A stretch of 64,000 bases of DNA from Octopus vulgaris (lineage: Eukaryota), in assembly GCA_951406725.2 (NCBI GenBank), contig OX597819.1:33914001-33978000 (forward strand), written 5' to 3'. The notes under the pieces are model-generated. The model ran no database searches. It saw nothing but the letters and a program-made list of their open reading frames with translations, and had not been told where the DNA came from. Shown piece by piece: positions 1 through 13,252 of this stretch. The first letter of the stretch is position 1; each line of letters begins with the position of its first letter. A program made the position numbers and the translations under genes.

Positions 1-49
1 TAAATAAGTATATTTGAAAGGTAGCAGTGGCAAAACAAAACGAAAAAAA

Positions 50-514
50 ATATTATTTACATTATTTACATTCAACAAATATTTGTTCTCATCTTGTTTG
101 TTGTTAACACAACGTTTTGGCTGATATACCCTCCAGCCTTCTTCTGGTGTCTTGGGGAAATTTCGAACCTGGGTTTTCATTCCTAAGGTATTATTCGATG
201 TTATTATTATTATTATTACTATTATTATTATTATTATTCAGATAACTGCCTGGATTCTAATGTGGAATCTTGGGTTTAGTAATCCGTGCTCTTAACCACT
301 ACGCCATATGCCTGTGGGCAATTATGGAGTGAATTTTTAGGGCTTATAAATCTAATATTTTCCTATTTTTCCTTAATACCGGTTCCCATATGCTATTCAT
401 ATCTGCACTTGGTCTGCTTAGGAGGTTGTTGTGTCTCATCATATGTGCTGCTTCTTTCAGTTTTTGTATTTTCCAGTGGTTTTCTCTGTCTATAAATTTA
501 ACTTCATCCCACAA
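50..514 (-). mobile_element. Penelope-like element 3' fragment: GIY-YIG endonuclease C-terminus, tRNA-like segment, (AAT)n and hammerhead-like motif
   Basis: Minus strand 514-344 translates as LWDEVKFIDRENHWKIQKLKEAAHMMRHNNLLSRPSADMNSIWEPVLRKNRKILDL*, resembling the C-terminal half of PLE GIY-YIG domains (W..V..ID.E..W..R..KEA.H...N.L.R). A hammerhead-like motif follows downstream. Confidence 0.75.
106..151 (-). ncRNA. Degenerate minimal type I hammerhead ribozyme
   Basis: Minus strand reads gacac-CAGAAGA-a-ggctg-gagggtatat-cagcc-AAAAC-GT-T-gtgtt. Stems I and II pair and stem III is the palindrome ACGT. Two core substitutions relative to CUGANGA/GAAA. Confidence 0.6.
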
Positions 515-1024
515 ATATCCACCAAATGTAAATAATGTATACTACTGCTAGGTAGTTGAATACTGCTCCAGAAGCAAATAGGAAATAACACTTACTGACC
601 AAAGACCAAAAATAAAAGTTTAGTTATACAGTGTAATCAAATATCCTAATGAAAGCAAAATGCATATTTTTGTTTAGCTGCAGGTCAGCCCCAATCAAAA
701 AAAAAAAAAATTTTCTTATCAAAAGCATTCCTACCCACAAAGTGTGTATAGAACTACTTTATCTATGTGTCTATTCATATCTAGAAAAAGAAGGTGTCAT
801 TTTAATACGATATAGCTGCTATTTCTAGCAGTCTTGTAGCCATTTGTGCCATGTTCTTAAAATATATGAACATGACTATCATTTGCAGAACTTTAACAAG
901 TCTTTATGGTCAGTAATATACTTTGCAACATGAAAATATAATTATACCCACGCCCACTCACACAGCACACATGAGTGTACTCCTCACAGACACACACATA
1001 CACATAGTGACACATACACACTGG

Positions 1025-1067
<43 letters not shown>

Positions 1068-1417
1068 TCATACACATATATACACAGTATGTAAGTAACA
1101 CACTACAACATATGAAAATAATACATATATTTAATCTGTGAATAAGATGAGAATAACATTCATTACAAAAACAATTAATATTCCTTGTAATTAGTAGTGA
1201 TATAATTAATTCTGAAGTAATTATTATTCAACGCAAAAGGTAGACTTATATCAGAATCTTAAAAAGAGGGAATCTACCAATTATGAATGTAAACAAGTTT
1301 TGGAATTTGGAAGATCAGAAAGTGAGTGGAAATCAGTGTTTGTATGAGTGTGTGCATGTGTGAATGTGTGAACGTGCAAACTACAATAGATCGGTGTGTA
1401 TGCATATACATACATAC

Positions 1418-1478
<61 letters not shown>

Positions 1479-1543
1479 ATATATATATATATATACACAC
1501 ACACATGTATACATACATACATACATACACATATACACATTTA

Positions 1544-2330
1544 CAGAACCGTGCAAGAGTCTTTGGCCACTTTAAAACTATTGTAAATTTCTACTAATTG
1601 CCAGCTTATTAGTGGATGTTGCACATTGTGGTTTTTTTACAAATGAAACATTGGCACTGATGGAGTCATTTCCAAACCTAATCATTATATTTTGAAGTAG
1701 ATGTTCTGAACGGGAGGGAAAGATGTGAGACGACCACCGAAAATGGCTGGGCAAAAGCTTTCAGCCACCTCACAAAAACCAATCAAGATACAGTCTTTTA
1801 AAACAGAAAAATGTCTATAATGAAATTTTGTTACATAATGTTCATTTCAAGAAGTTACTGTGCATTGTTAATATTTCGTGTGGCTTCCCTTAACTTAACT
1901 AACTGCTTCAATGCGCCTGGGAAGAAATGTGTACAAACCCTTCACCATCTTCACAGGAATGAGATGCCATTCTCTGTGGCTGAGCTCTCACAACTCTTCA
2001 AGAATCTGTGATTTCTTCTGATGAACTCTTTTCTTTAGTTCTGTTTACATTTGCTCTGTTAGGGCTCTGAGATGGCCAATCTTTCAATACGGTAACACCT
2101 TCATCAGCCAGACTTTGTTGTGTTGCATGCAATCTATAGCCTGGAGCTCCACCATGCTGAAAAATCTCACCTTCATCCAAGTCTGGTACCAAATTGTCCT
2201 TCAGCAACTAGACGTATTTGGCACTATTCACGTTACCGTCAATTTTAAACAACTTTCTTGAACCATCACTTTTTATGTATTTCCAAAGCATCAGACTTTT
2301 GCCCCTAAACTTCAACATGGGTTGTTTTGC
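1544..2330 (-). mobile_element. Tc1-like transposon remnant (one TIR plus decayed transposase C-terminal half)
   Basis: TA|CAGAACCGTGCAAGAGTCTTTGGCCAC TIR at 1544. Minus-strand peptides KIDGNVNSAKY, IFQHGGAP (FQQDGAP), DWPSQSP (WPxQSPDLNPIE) and LPRRIEAV..VKGSHTKY*. Confidence 0.85.
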
Positions 2331-2417
2331 TTTCTAATAAGTGAAAATTTGTCAGAAGGCCTCCAGGAAAGTGAAATGACCCCTGTTACACACACACACA
2401 TGCACAGACATATATAC

Positions 2418-2547
2418 TTCCTAACCATGTAATATTAGGTTCAGTCCCACTGCATGGCACCTTAGTCAAATGCCTTCTACAACAGCCCTACACCCACCAA
2501 AGCCATATGAGTGGATTTAGTAGATGGAAACTGAAAAGAAGCCTGTC

Positions 2548-2550
<3 letters not shown>
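2418..2550 (+). mobile_element. tRNA-derived SINE family A, head fragment
   Basis: ggttcagtcccactgcatggcacc...gtggatttagtagatggaaactgaaaagaagcc matches the other family A copies. Confidence 0.8.
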
Positions 2551-2609
<59 letters not shown>

Positions 2610-2904
2610 GCCAATATAGATTTTATATAGCTGTGTGTGTGTGTGTGTATGCACATTTGTATAAAATGATGATGATCAGTATGTGTATGGTTTTATGTCT
2701 GTATGTATGTATGTATGTATGTATGTATGTATGTATGTATGTATGTATGTGTGTATGTATGTATATATGTGTGTATGTATGTATGTATGTATATGTATGT
2801 ATATGTATTGTAAACTACACACACACTACGTATGCTAGTATGTATGTATGCGTGTATTTTGTTGCCCTTGCACAAACTGACATAGATAAATGTAAATTTC
2901 TTGT

Positions 2905-3324
2905 AGGCACAGAAGTGGCTGTGTGGTAAGTAGCTTGCTTACCACTGCGTGGCACCTTGGGTTCAGTCCCACTGCGTGGCACCTTGGGCAAGTGTCTTCT
3001 ACTATAGCCTTGGGCCGACCAAAGCCTTGTGAGTGGATTTGGTAGACGGAAACTGAAAGAAGTCCATCGTATATATGTATATATGTATATGTACGTGTGT
3101 GTATATGTTTATGTATCTATGTTTGTCCCCCTCAACATCGCTTGACAACCGATGCTGGTGTGTTTACGTCTCTGTAACTTAGCAGTTTGGCAAAACAGAC
3201 CAATAGAATAAGTACTAGGCTTACAAAGAATAAGTCCTGTGGTCGATTTGCTCAACTAAAGGCGGTGCTCCAGCATGGCCACAGTCAAATGACTGAAATA
3301 AGTAAAAGAGTAAAGAGTAAAGAG
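2905..3324 (+). mobile_element. tRNA-derived SINE family A, near full length
   Basis: A-box-like gtggctgtgtggtaag, B-box-like ggttcagtccc, accttgggcaagt core, internal (TA/TG)n, tail ...aaatgactgaaataagtaaaagagtaa. More than 15 related copies in the window. Confidence 0.9.
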
Positions 3325-5317
3325 CATATACTTCCTAAGTGGAGCTAACTCTCTAAAAATAATCTTAGACAAAATAAACATGTCCATTCAATGACAAGTG
3401 TTTCTAAAAATATATGGCAGATAACACACTTTTCAATTAAAAGTGGTCCCTTCATTTTTCATCTTTTCCTTGTTTCAGTCATTAGAATGTGGTCATGCTG
3501 GGGCGCCACCTTGAAAGATTTTACTCAAATAAATCAATCCCAGTATTTATTATTATTATTTTATAAGCCTTGGAAATGACGTGGTTGGCAGAGGTGGGGG
3601 GCATCTTTATATGAAAATGTTTGGAAAAACATTTTTTTTTACATCCCCCTTCCTTATCATCCCACTCCAGACCTATTTTGGCCAATATTTTTTTTTGCAC
3701 TTCAAAACTATAGGAAGAGCATTTTTGGTATAAAAACTTATAAAAATTGTTAATATTTTCAGAGGGAAAAGTGATTTAAGGGTGATTTGGCCGTTGTTTC
3801 AAGCACATCCAAAGACAACCCTCCTCGTTTCTTTATCACTCTCGCATGTATTGATGTTTTTGAATATTTTTACCCCATAATTACATTTATATGCTATAAA
3901 AAAGAAAATTTGAGAAATTGTGAATTTTTGGCAACCCCACTCCCTGCCTCTGATTGTTTCTGTTTAGAAATAAAAATATTGAAGTATGAAACTTATAATA
4001 GATCTCATTTAAATCCATGTTCATTGAATGATATTTATATCATTCAATAAACATTGATTTAAGTGTTAGCTATATACATTATATCATGTTACTGAATTTA
4101 TGATGGAATTTGAGAAACTGAATGACTTGAGGTGTGCTGTAAATTTCTCATATAAACTCCTTTATGAATCAGGCACACTGAAAATGAATATCACAAGAAT
4201 CTTCACCAGTTAATGAGTTAAATAATGCATATAACATTACTCTTTAAGGCAGTTTTCTTCTTTCATAGAGTTCCTTAAAGACAGACAGGAAACCAAAATT
4301 ACTAATAAACTTTTAATATCGTCTGAACATTGTTAGCAAAGGCATAATTACTTCATTAATGAGGGCAAAGAATTTATTTCTTCCAAATGCTAAGCCAAGT
4401 TTTTGTAATTATTTTCATATGCATTTTGCTCTTTCCTTCTTGCAGTAATTAATCTTTTAATATAGACACCACTGCCTTAATAGTTTTGCTTCAATTCTGT
4501 GCTGTACTACAGAATATATCAATAGGTTCTAGCCCACACTGCATGTAGACACAGATGTAAACACCATGTCCTATTATGCAAAATGTTTATGGACAGGAAA
4601 GGACAGATCAGCTGAAGCAGTTTCAATCCTATGTTAGGACTTTCTCTGTATCCAAAGGTATCATATATGAAGGCACTGTATTTCTGATACTTTCATAGTC
4701 TTTGTTTTCTCTTCAAAATTACATTTTACATTCCATTGAGGAGAACAAGATGTTGTAATAGTATGACAGGATGTATCTTGGTGATAAGACTTTAGATAAT
4801 TTCTCGTAGAGGTGAAAGCTTGTAGAATAAGTAGGTAACTTTACATTAGGGTCAGTCTTTGAACATTGCTTTGAGCCAGAAGTATGAGAAGTATAAGGTA
4901 TATTGCTGGCTTGTAAAGAGTTAGAAAGTAATTCAAGTTGGAAGCAAATACTGGCTCTGTAAATGAAACCACCATGTTGTGGTACTGTTTTGGATGAAGA
5001 CAGAATATGTGGGCCTCTATGAGAAATAGTCAGAATGAAATAGTACCAAGATACCACACTAAGGTGCAGGACATCAGCATGGAGTATGTCTTATTAAAGA
5101 AAGTTTTCCAAGCAAAATAAATGAGAGTAAAAATTAGTTGATTTGGACTGCCATACATCTGCTGGTTGATTCACATTATTGCATTTAAAAATCAGATTCA
5201 GACCAAAGCAGAACAGTATCAGAATAACATAGAGAAACATTGGTGAAGCAGAAGGCACATCATAAACTTGTCTTAAGAAAATGCAGAAAAAAAACCCCAG
5301 CGAAAAAAAAAAACCAT

Positions 5318-5548
5318 TAACACCGAGGTAGTGCATGATGTTGCAGCATGCAGTTGATAACATTAGCACTAAGATTGCACTTGATGTTGCTGTGTGTAGT
5401 TAAGTACATTAGCAGAGGTAATGCATGATGTTGCTACATACACAGTTAAGAACATTGATAGAGGTATTGCATAATGTTGTTATGTTCACTTAAGAACATT
5501 AACATTGGAATAGTCCATGTTGTTGCTAGGTGCAGTTAGGATTAATTC
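5318..5548. repeat. Degenerate ~45-bp minisatellite, about 5 copies
   Basis: Recurring unit approximately agaggtaatgcatgatgttgctacatacacagttaagaacatt. Confidence 0.7.
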
Positions 5549-5752
5549 TACTAAACTATTGATATTAGTGACAAGATGTAGAACCACATCAGTGTTTGAC
5601 AATGCTGGAGAGAGTGGTCTTATGAATAAGTGTCTTAATTGCTGTAATCTCCTGTTGACAGCTGATAAAAGCATAACTCCTGTGTTTATTAGCACTATGT
5701 ATGGAGGATTTTATATGCATGTTTAATAGTTAATAAGCCTGTGTGTCTGTGA

Positions 5753-5794
<42 letters not shown>

Positions 5795-5827
5795 ATGCAT
5801 GTATGTATGCCTCTCACTCACTTTGCA

Positions 5828-6081
5828 TATACAAGCTGGTATCAAAAAGGTTCCTGATCTAGTTCTGTAGTGCACCAACAGATGGCAGCACACAGCTGTG
5901 TGCACAGTGAGAGCTAGCAGTGACCTTCATGAGGCAGCGTGCTGAGTGGCACTGCTGTGTTTACTTTGCAAGTTGTGAAATTTGAAATTTGTGTTTTTGC
6001 GATCATGTGAATGCTGTAGTCTGCAAATTTTGTCAAGGACAGGGACAATGAGCCAACGTGAAATTTTATGTTAAACTTGGG
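5828..6081 (+). mobile_element. Mariner 5' end fragment, truncated by a SINE
   Basis: TIR-like tacaagctggtatcaaaaaggttcctgatct, followed by coding remnant ANVKFYVKLG (mariner N-terminal QRANIKFCFKLG). Confidence 0.65.
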
Positions 6082-6430
6082 TTCAGTTCCACTGCATGGC
6101 ACATTGGGCAAGTGTCTTCTACTATAGCCTCGGGCTAACCAAAGCCTTGTGAGTGGATTTGGTAGACAGAAATGGAAAGAAGCCCGTCGTATATATGCAT
6201 ATATATATATATGTATGTTTGTGTATATGTTTGTGGGTCTGTGTTTGTCCCACCAACATCGCTTGACAACCGATGCTGGTGTGTTTACGTCCTCATAGTG
6301 GTTCAGCAAAAGAGACCGATAGAATAAGTACTAGACTTCCAAAGAATAAATCCTGGGGTCGATTTGCTTGACTAAAGGCAGTGCTCCAGCATGGCCACAG
6401 TCAAATGACTGAAACAAGTAAAAGAGTAAA
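6078..6430 (+). mobile_element. SINE family A (5'-truncated)
   Basis: Colinear with 2905-3324 from the B-box to the tail. Confidence 0.9.
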
Positions 6431-6494
6431 TAAGTTATTTTTTTATTAAACATAACTAGCCCAGGAACCTTTTGAAACCACCTCGTATATCATC

Positions 6495-7025
6495 AGCATC
6501 ATCATCATTTAATGTCCACTTTTTCATGATTTCACAAATCAGAGAGCATTTGCTGAGGCAGATTTTTCTACATCCAGATGTCCTTGTTGACAACCTTAAC
6601 TTGTTCCTGGGCAAGGTAATATTTTTCCCATAACTAAACAGGTTTTCTGCAGAAGACTGGAAACAAACAACCTTGCTTGTAAGGTGATGATGCTCATTTA
6701 TAATCATCATGTGATGTCTAGAAAAGAGTATACATGCACACGCACACAGACACACGCACACACACACACATGCGCGCGTGCACACACACGCACACACACA
6801 CACACATACACACACATATACAATTATGAATTAAAAGCTGTGCTAGTGATGTAAACACTATCAACTGCACATAATGTATGTGGTTTTTTGCTTGTTTGCT
6901 GCAGTTTGCCAACGTGAGGATGACTCCCTCAAAGTGCTGGGAGTTAAAACACCTGAAAGTCAAACACAGATGAGACTTTCACCCCTAGATGGGTTTCTTT
7001 CAGTTTCTGTTTACTAAATCTGCTC
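6495..7025 (-). mobile_element. RTE-tailed SINE (family A head with alternative body)
   Basis: Reverse complement of the body and tail seen at 16825-17265 and 48560-48990, ending in (TGA)n. Confidence 0.65.
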
Positions 7026-7059
7026 ATGACACTTCATATAGTCAATTTTTTTACATTTT

Positions 7060-7490
7060 ACATATCCCATAGTCTGACTGTCTGTCGGGGCACCACTGAT
7101 GACCTTGCGACCAGATCTCTCCACCTGTCTCTGTCTTCTGCCTCTCGCACAGCATCTCTCATCTTTAGGCCTGTCCATTCACAGATGTTGTTTTCTCTGT
7201 CTGCCTCTGTGTCTTGACAGCGTTGACTGTTCCCTGAAGGATTGTTTTGGCCATCTCTGATGAGTGGGTGACATGCCCAAACCACCTGAGCTTGCGTTTC
7301 TTTATTGTGGTAAGAAGTTCCCCATAAGGCCCTATTACCTGCCTTATTCTTCTTTTCACTTTCTCATTTGTGACATTATCTCTGTATGATATTCCTAAAA
7401 GTCTCCTGAAACATTTCACCTCTATAGCCTGGATTCTTCTTTTGATTTCTGCTGTCAGTGTCCATATCTCACAGGTGTACATAGTCAATT
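7060..7490 (-). mobile_element. RTE-clade LINE 3' fragment
   Basis: YTCEIWTL...IQAIEVKCFRRLLGISYRDNVTNEKV...RKLRWFGHV...AKTILQGTV and W..NICEWTGL...DRDRWR, typical of the RTE C-terminus. Confidence 0.9.
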
Positions 7491-9012
7491 ACTGTTTGTA
7501 AAATCAGCATAAAGTAAACTCTGACTGTAGAGTTTGCATAGAAAATGAGGGCAATAGAAAAACCATTGCCACTTCATATCCTGAAGATGTGTCTGAGATA
7601 GTTTGGAAATATTGATAAAAATGAATTTGGGATCATTATTTTACTAAACTACAAGGGTTTTGATATGAAGATATGTAAAAACCCTAAGAAAGATTAAATA
7701 TGAATAGTCATATCCCCCATACATACAAATATGCATACTGTGTGGACGTGCATATATATGTAATGCGTGTATTTTTGTATGTATAATACTAATGCTTGTA
7801 CATCCATAAGTATATATGTAAATGCAAAATACCTCCTAATCTAGAACCCTTCCTAAATAAGTCAAAATTTATGTAATCTCTGAAGATTGTCAGTTACACT
7901 ACTCACCGTGAAGATATAAATTAAAGTGTGTAAGACAAAAGGCACAGGGAGAGAGAGAATAAAGGGAGAATAAATGAGGAAGTAAGAGAGAGACAGAGAA
8001 TAAAGAGGGAGGAAGAAAGAGAAAGACAGAGAATAAAGAGGGAGAAAAAAAGAGAGAGACAGAGAATAAAGAGGGAGGAAGAGGAGGAAGAAGAGAAGAA
8101 GGGAGACGAGAGGAGAAGAGAGAGGTAAGGGGAGAAAGGGAAGGAGAGAAGAACTTGTTAATGACAATTTATGACATATTGTGGTCACTCAACCTGCTCA
8201 ATACAGCAGCCAAAATTCTCATGAATCACACTCAACCTTCTTGAAAAAAAGCTACACAGAATGATGGTATACTTCTCGATAAGCAAGTGATATGTTTGTC
8301 ATGACTAGGATAGCTTCCATCAATCACAGTTGTGTTCAACTAAGATTGAATTGGAAACATACAGGAAAAAAGTTTACTTCAAATAAACGAGAGAAAGTAT
8401 TTGCACAGGTGTTCAATAACAAATAGATTTGATGTTTTCTCATATAGAGGCATCTTGATGAGACGGAGAAATAGATTGGTGAGGATGGTGATGGAGGTGT
8501 GGGTGGGGTGAATATCAACAGATCTAATGCCATTACATTGGCAGTATGGTGCAGTGAAGAGAGCCAGTATCACAGAGATGAGAGGGTCAGAAACATCCCG
8601 TGCCATTTGTTGTTATATATCAGCTTGGTACTGGTAAAAGGAGATCCATTGGTTTATGTTATGTTTATATATGCATTTTGTGTGTGTGAATGCAAATTTT
8701 TTTTTTCGTATCCTTATAATTGCACATGTTTACTTCGAATTTCTATCTAGGCAATATGATTCAATTTACATGTTTGTAAAATGTGCTTTCAGCCTTGAGT
8801 ACTTAAATATCATGAGAAACATCAAACATACGTTTATAGACACCTAAATAGAAAGTTTGTACCTCAAGCTGTAGACACTATTTATTCTAACAATAAATCA
8901 ATTAAAACTACATTAAAGTCTTCACATTGCTAACAAAAATTGTGCACCAACAGATGGCGAAACTTTCACAACTATACTTAAGAGCAAGAGCAAAGCAAAC
9001 ATCTACCTTCCA

Positions 9013-9098
<86 letters not shown>

Positions 9099-9405
9099 CA
9101 TACATACACACACACATACACACACACATCCATACATTCACACACACACACACATGTGTATCTATGTACATTTATACATCACGTCACAGACACCATACAT
9201 GTTTGTGTAGACACAGGTGTAATAATAAAAAAATATGGCTTTAAATGATTTCCAGCTAAGATTTTCAATGACACAAGGATAACGAAAATACTATCTTATT
9301 CTCTTTAAGGTAAAATTGAAGAATATTCTTTTTTATTGGTTAGGATGAAAGGCAGTGCACATAACCCTTTACAAAGCAACAGAGAGAGGGTAGAGGAAGA
9401 AAGGA

Positions 9406-9460
<55 letters not shown>

Positions 9461-9763
9461 GAAGAGAAGCACAGAGAGAGATCTTCAAACTAGACACAGA
9501 ACAGGTCTAAATGCATGCAACAAACTGGATTCCTCTCCTCTATTAAAGGTACCTAAGGATCAGGAGATGATGTTAAACTGAGTGGTGATTAGGTTTCCCG
9601 CCCAACTAGGCCATGGTGGGATTTGTGCTTAGAAAGCAAAGAGCCAGGATAACAGCAAAAGTACTCTATCTGTCACTTAAACTGGTGCTTTATTTATTAA
9701 CTCCCAAAAAGATGAAAGACGAGTTGACTTCACCAGGATACAAGAAGTGGAAATAACTACTAC

Positions 9764-10010
9764 AGGTGTGGCTGTGTGGTAAGAAGCTTGCTTGCTTCCC
9801 AACCACATGGTTCCGGGTTCAGTCCCACTGTGTGGCACCATGTGCAAGTGTCTTCTGTTATAGTCTCGAGCTGACCAAAGCCTTCTGAGTCCATTTTCCA
9901 TACTGGCATGAGTTGGATGAGTTGACTAGAGCTGGTAAGCCAGAGACCTGCACCAGGTTCCAGTCTGATATTGGGTGGTTTCTATGGCTAGATGCCCTTC
10001 CTAATGCTTT
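9764..10010. mobile_element. SINE A head (+) abutting an RTE 3'-tail fragment (-)
   Basis: 9764-9898 matches the SINE head. 9895-10010 matches the reverse complement of the RTE tail (ggatgcccttcctaa motif). Confidence 0.75.
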
Positions 10011-10139
10011 TAATATTACATCAGCACGAGACATCTATAAAGAAATCTTTTCCAAGATGACCACTGCAGCTTCTCACTTTCAACGATATACATGTACGTC
10101 AGCCTTATCTTGTATCTGAGAATTTAGCTTCTTCTTTGC

Positions 10140-10660
10140 TAAATGCTTCCTTTATGGTTATTGTGTTGATGACTGTGTAGACCAGTTCTTGCATAGAAAA
10201 GTCGATGGCATAGACTGTATGGCAATGGTGGTAGAGGATGAGGTTGATTTTCTCAAGCCTTTCTCTCTTGTCGTTTGATTTCTTCCTTCTCTCTTCTGAT
10301 GGCTTCAAAGATTTTGGTTCTGATGGTGATGGAACACTACCACTTGGTACAATCTTGGGCTTGCTTATGTTTTAAACAATTTAGTCTTAAGTCCAGTGGT
10401 CTTCAGAGTTTTAAGTTGGTCCTTGTATCTTCAAAGAGGGCAATCACATGGTCTTTTTTCTGAAGTGAACACAATGCATATGATTTGATGTGGGAACCTT
10501 GACTTTTCCATTCTTGCTACATACCCTGGCCATCGAAGACAGTGTTTCATTATCAGTAATTCAATGCTTATGATCAGCAATTTGATACTTACATTAAGTA
10601 TATCATAAAGAAATAGATTCTTTCTGAGATTTACAGGAATTTCTATAATATTTCCCATTC
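10140..10660 (-). mobile_element. Decayed RTE LINE 3' end
   Basis: LRWPGYVARMEKSRFPHQI, then C-terminal zinc-finger remnant LCHRLFYARTGLHSH, with stops and frameshifts. Confidence 0.75.
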
Positions 10661-10689
10661 ACTGATATAGAGAAGTCAACACTGAACAG

Positions 10690-12080
10690 CCACAACATAT
10701 CATTATCATGTGGTGCTAATATATTTTGTCTGGCTTCACCATATAATATTTGATGTGACAATATATTGAATCATGTCACCACATATCTGACATAAGTAAG
10801 AGATATCGGACATACCTATACAATATACAATGCTGCTATGTGATATCATATTTAAATACAAGATATCTGATGCCACAATAGCCTTCTGAAGGTTATTATA
10901 TATGTGATACCACTAAATGATATTTGAGAACTCTACATGAACCTGGTACCAGTCTATGTTATCTGTTACAACAATATATGATGTTTCTGATATCAATACA
11001 TGATAAATGAAGTTACTATGTGTCAGTTAATACTAATATATATCTGATATTGCTATGATATTTGATGCTATTATATGATTATTAGCATCATGATATGATT
11101 ACCTCATGTCACAACATGATATTTAATATCACTGCATGATATCTCATCTCAAATAAAATATACAATATTTAATGTCACAATATGATATTTAATGTCAATA
11201 TGTGATATCTTCTCCCACTATTCTATCCTATTACTCTGTCACTCTCCTTCCCTCACTCTTCCTCCCTTGCTCACATTGCTCCTACGTGACCATCAACCAT
11301 ATTTCTTTCTTCTCCTAACTTACGTTTCTTTCTTTCTCTCTGTTGTAGCTGGAACAAGGAAGATGTTTCCTTGTTTTGTCTCCTGCCCAAGCTTGAATTA
11401 CATGTTCGCCGCCACAACCTCATCTAGGCTTAGCAGCCCTCCCTGTTTGTTTTCACTGTCCTGTTTGTGTTACTAATTTTGACCCTCTGCAAAATCCCAA
11501 ATTTTATTAAATTTGCTTTGCAGGAGCAACTGTTTTATCAAAAACATATATTGTGGTTAAATGCTCGAAATACAGGACTAGAAAAACAACCAGCAACTGA
11601 TGAAGGGTTGTTCTTTATGTTGTTTGTTTTGTATTCCATTTGTGTCTTTTGTTGTTCGAAAGAATTGTTCATGTTCCATGTACTCGTGCTTCATATTTTT
11701 TTGTTGTACATGTTTCATGATATCCTGTGCCCACATATGCATATATATATATATATGTATGTATAGATGTAAGTATGTACATATACGTATGTATATATGC
11801 ATACATATATATTATTTATATTACTACAATATCTGCAGTTGCTACATCATATATGATATTTGGTATCACTATATTATATTTAATGACAATATATGATAGC
11901 TGATGATACTGTATTATACTTAATACCAACATTTAGTATCAGCTGTTGCTATATGATATTTAATACCAAGATATGATATCTGATGTCGCTATATGATATT
12001 TAATACCAATATATGTTATATACTGTTGTTATATGATATTTAATACCAAGATATGATATCTGATGTCGCTATATGATATT
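10690..12080. repeat. Degenerate 20/40-bp minisatellite, interrupted by a ~600-bp insert (about 11210-11830)
   Basis: Units atatgatatttaataccaag and atatgatatctgatgtcgct alternate cleanly at 11951-12080 and recur in decayed form from about 10690. Confidence 0.7.
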
Positions 12081-12872
12081 TTTTTTTGCCTAAGGCAACA
12101 GATTGCCTGATTTCAAAAATCAGTTTAGTAATGTTTCTTTTCTTATTTTCATAAATTACTTTTACTTTATATATTTATTTATATATTTTTGTTATGGTTA
12201 TTTACTGTATTTTATATATTTATATTTGATATACTTATTATATTTTGTACATTTATTTATTTTATATACTATTTTATTTCACATGCTCATTTATTTTTCA
12301 TAGAGGTCTTTCAGTTCTGAATAAATAACTGAAATATTCGAAGACAGTAGGGGATCATATAATTGCTTTTAATATGAAGACCTCAGCTAAAACATTCCCA
12401 AAACTAGCCCTAACACAAACAGCAAGATACAATAAAGAAAAATGAAAGGGCTACCACCACTGTTGTGTTACCCAGTAACCACTAACATTTATAACACTCT
12501 AACATAGATTTGTGTCTTTCAATCTAATAGCAGCTAACACCAAGCAGCAGACACCTGATGTGTCTGGCATGAGAGGAGTTTTATAAGACATTAGAACTTC
12601 GGTAATATTTATGTATGTATTGGCTGACATAGAAGTTGGAAATTATTACAATGTTTTGCAGGCAATGAAACAAGGAAGAAACAATAAAAATTCAGTTATG
12701 TCACATAGTAGATGATGAGAAATAATTTCAGGTTGCACATAAAAGCAGATGTCACATGTACTTTAAAGTTGGAAATACTGATGTGTCTGGTGCACCAAGA
12801 AATACATTGTGTTTGAGAAGAAAGTTTATAGAGACAATGTAAATATATATAACATATATATATAATATATAT

Positions 12873-12910
<38 letters not shown>

Positions 12911-13008
12911 AATAATAAAGGGTAAAATTAATTAATTGATAATTAATAATTTTACCAAGTAGTTCAATATGTTGTTAAAAGAACCTTTATCGGAAACCTT
13001 ATACAAAA

Positions 13009-13192
13009 ATTCTATAATTATAAGCATAATTATAATTAGGGTTCAAGCAAATTGCTTCACCGCATACCGAAATTTAGAAATAGCAGTTAAATACTAGGTA
13101 GAGGAATAGTATTTAATTGTTATTTCTAAATTTCGGTATGTGGTGAAGCAATTTGCTGAACCCTAATTATAATTAAGCTTATAATTACAGAA

Positions 13193-13193
<1 letters not shown>
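13009..13193. repeat. Long inverted repeat (about 87-bp arms, 10-nt loop)
   Basis: attctataattataagc...ttaaatacta [ggtagaggaa] tagtatttaa...gcttataattacagaat, with about 6 differences between arms. Confidence 0.9.

Positions 13194-13252
<59 letters not shown>

Noticed and set aside
4719-5057. 112-aa minus-strand ORF
   Set aside because: No motif or splice support, compatible with chance.
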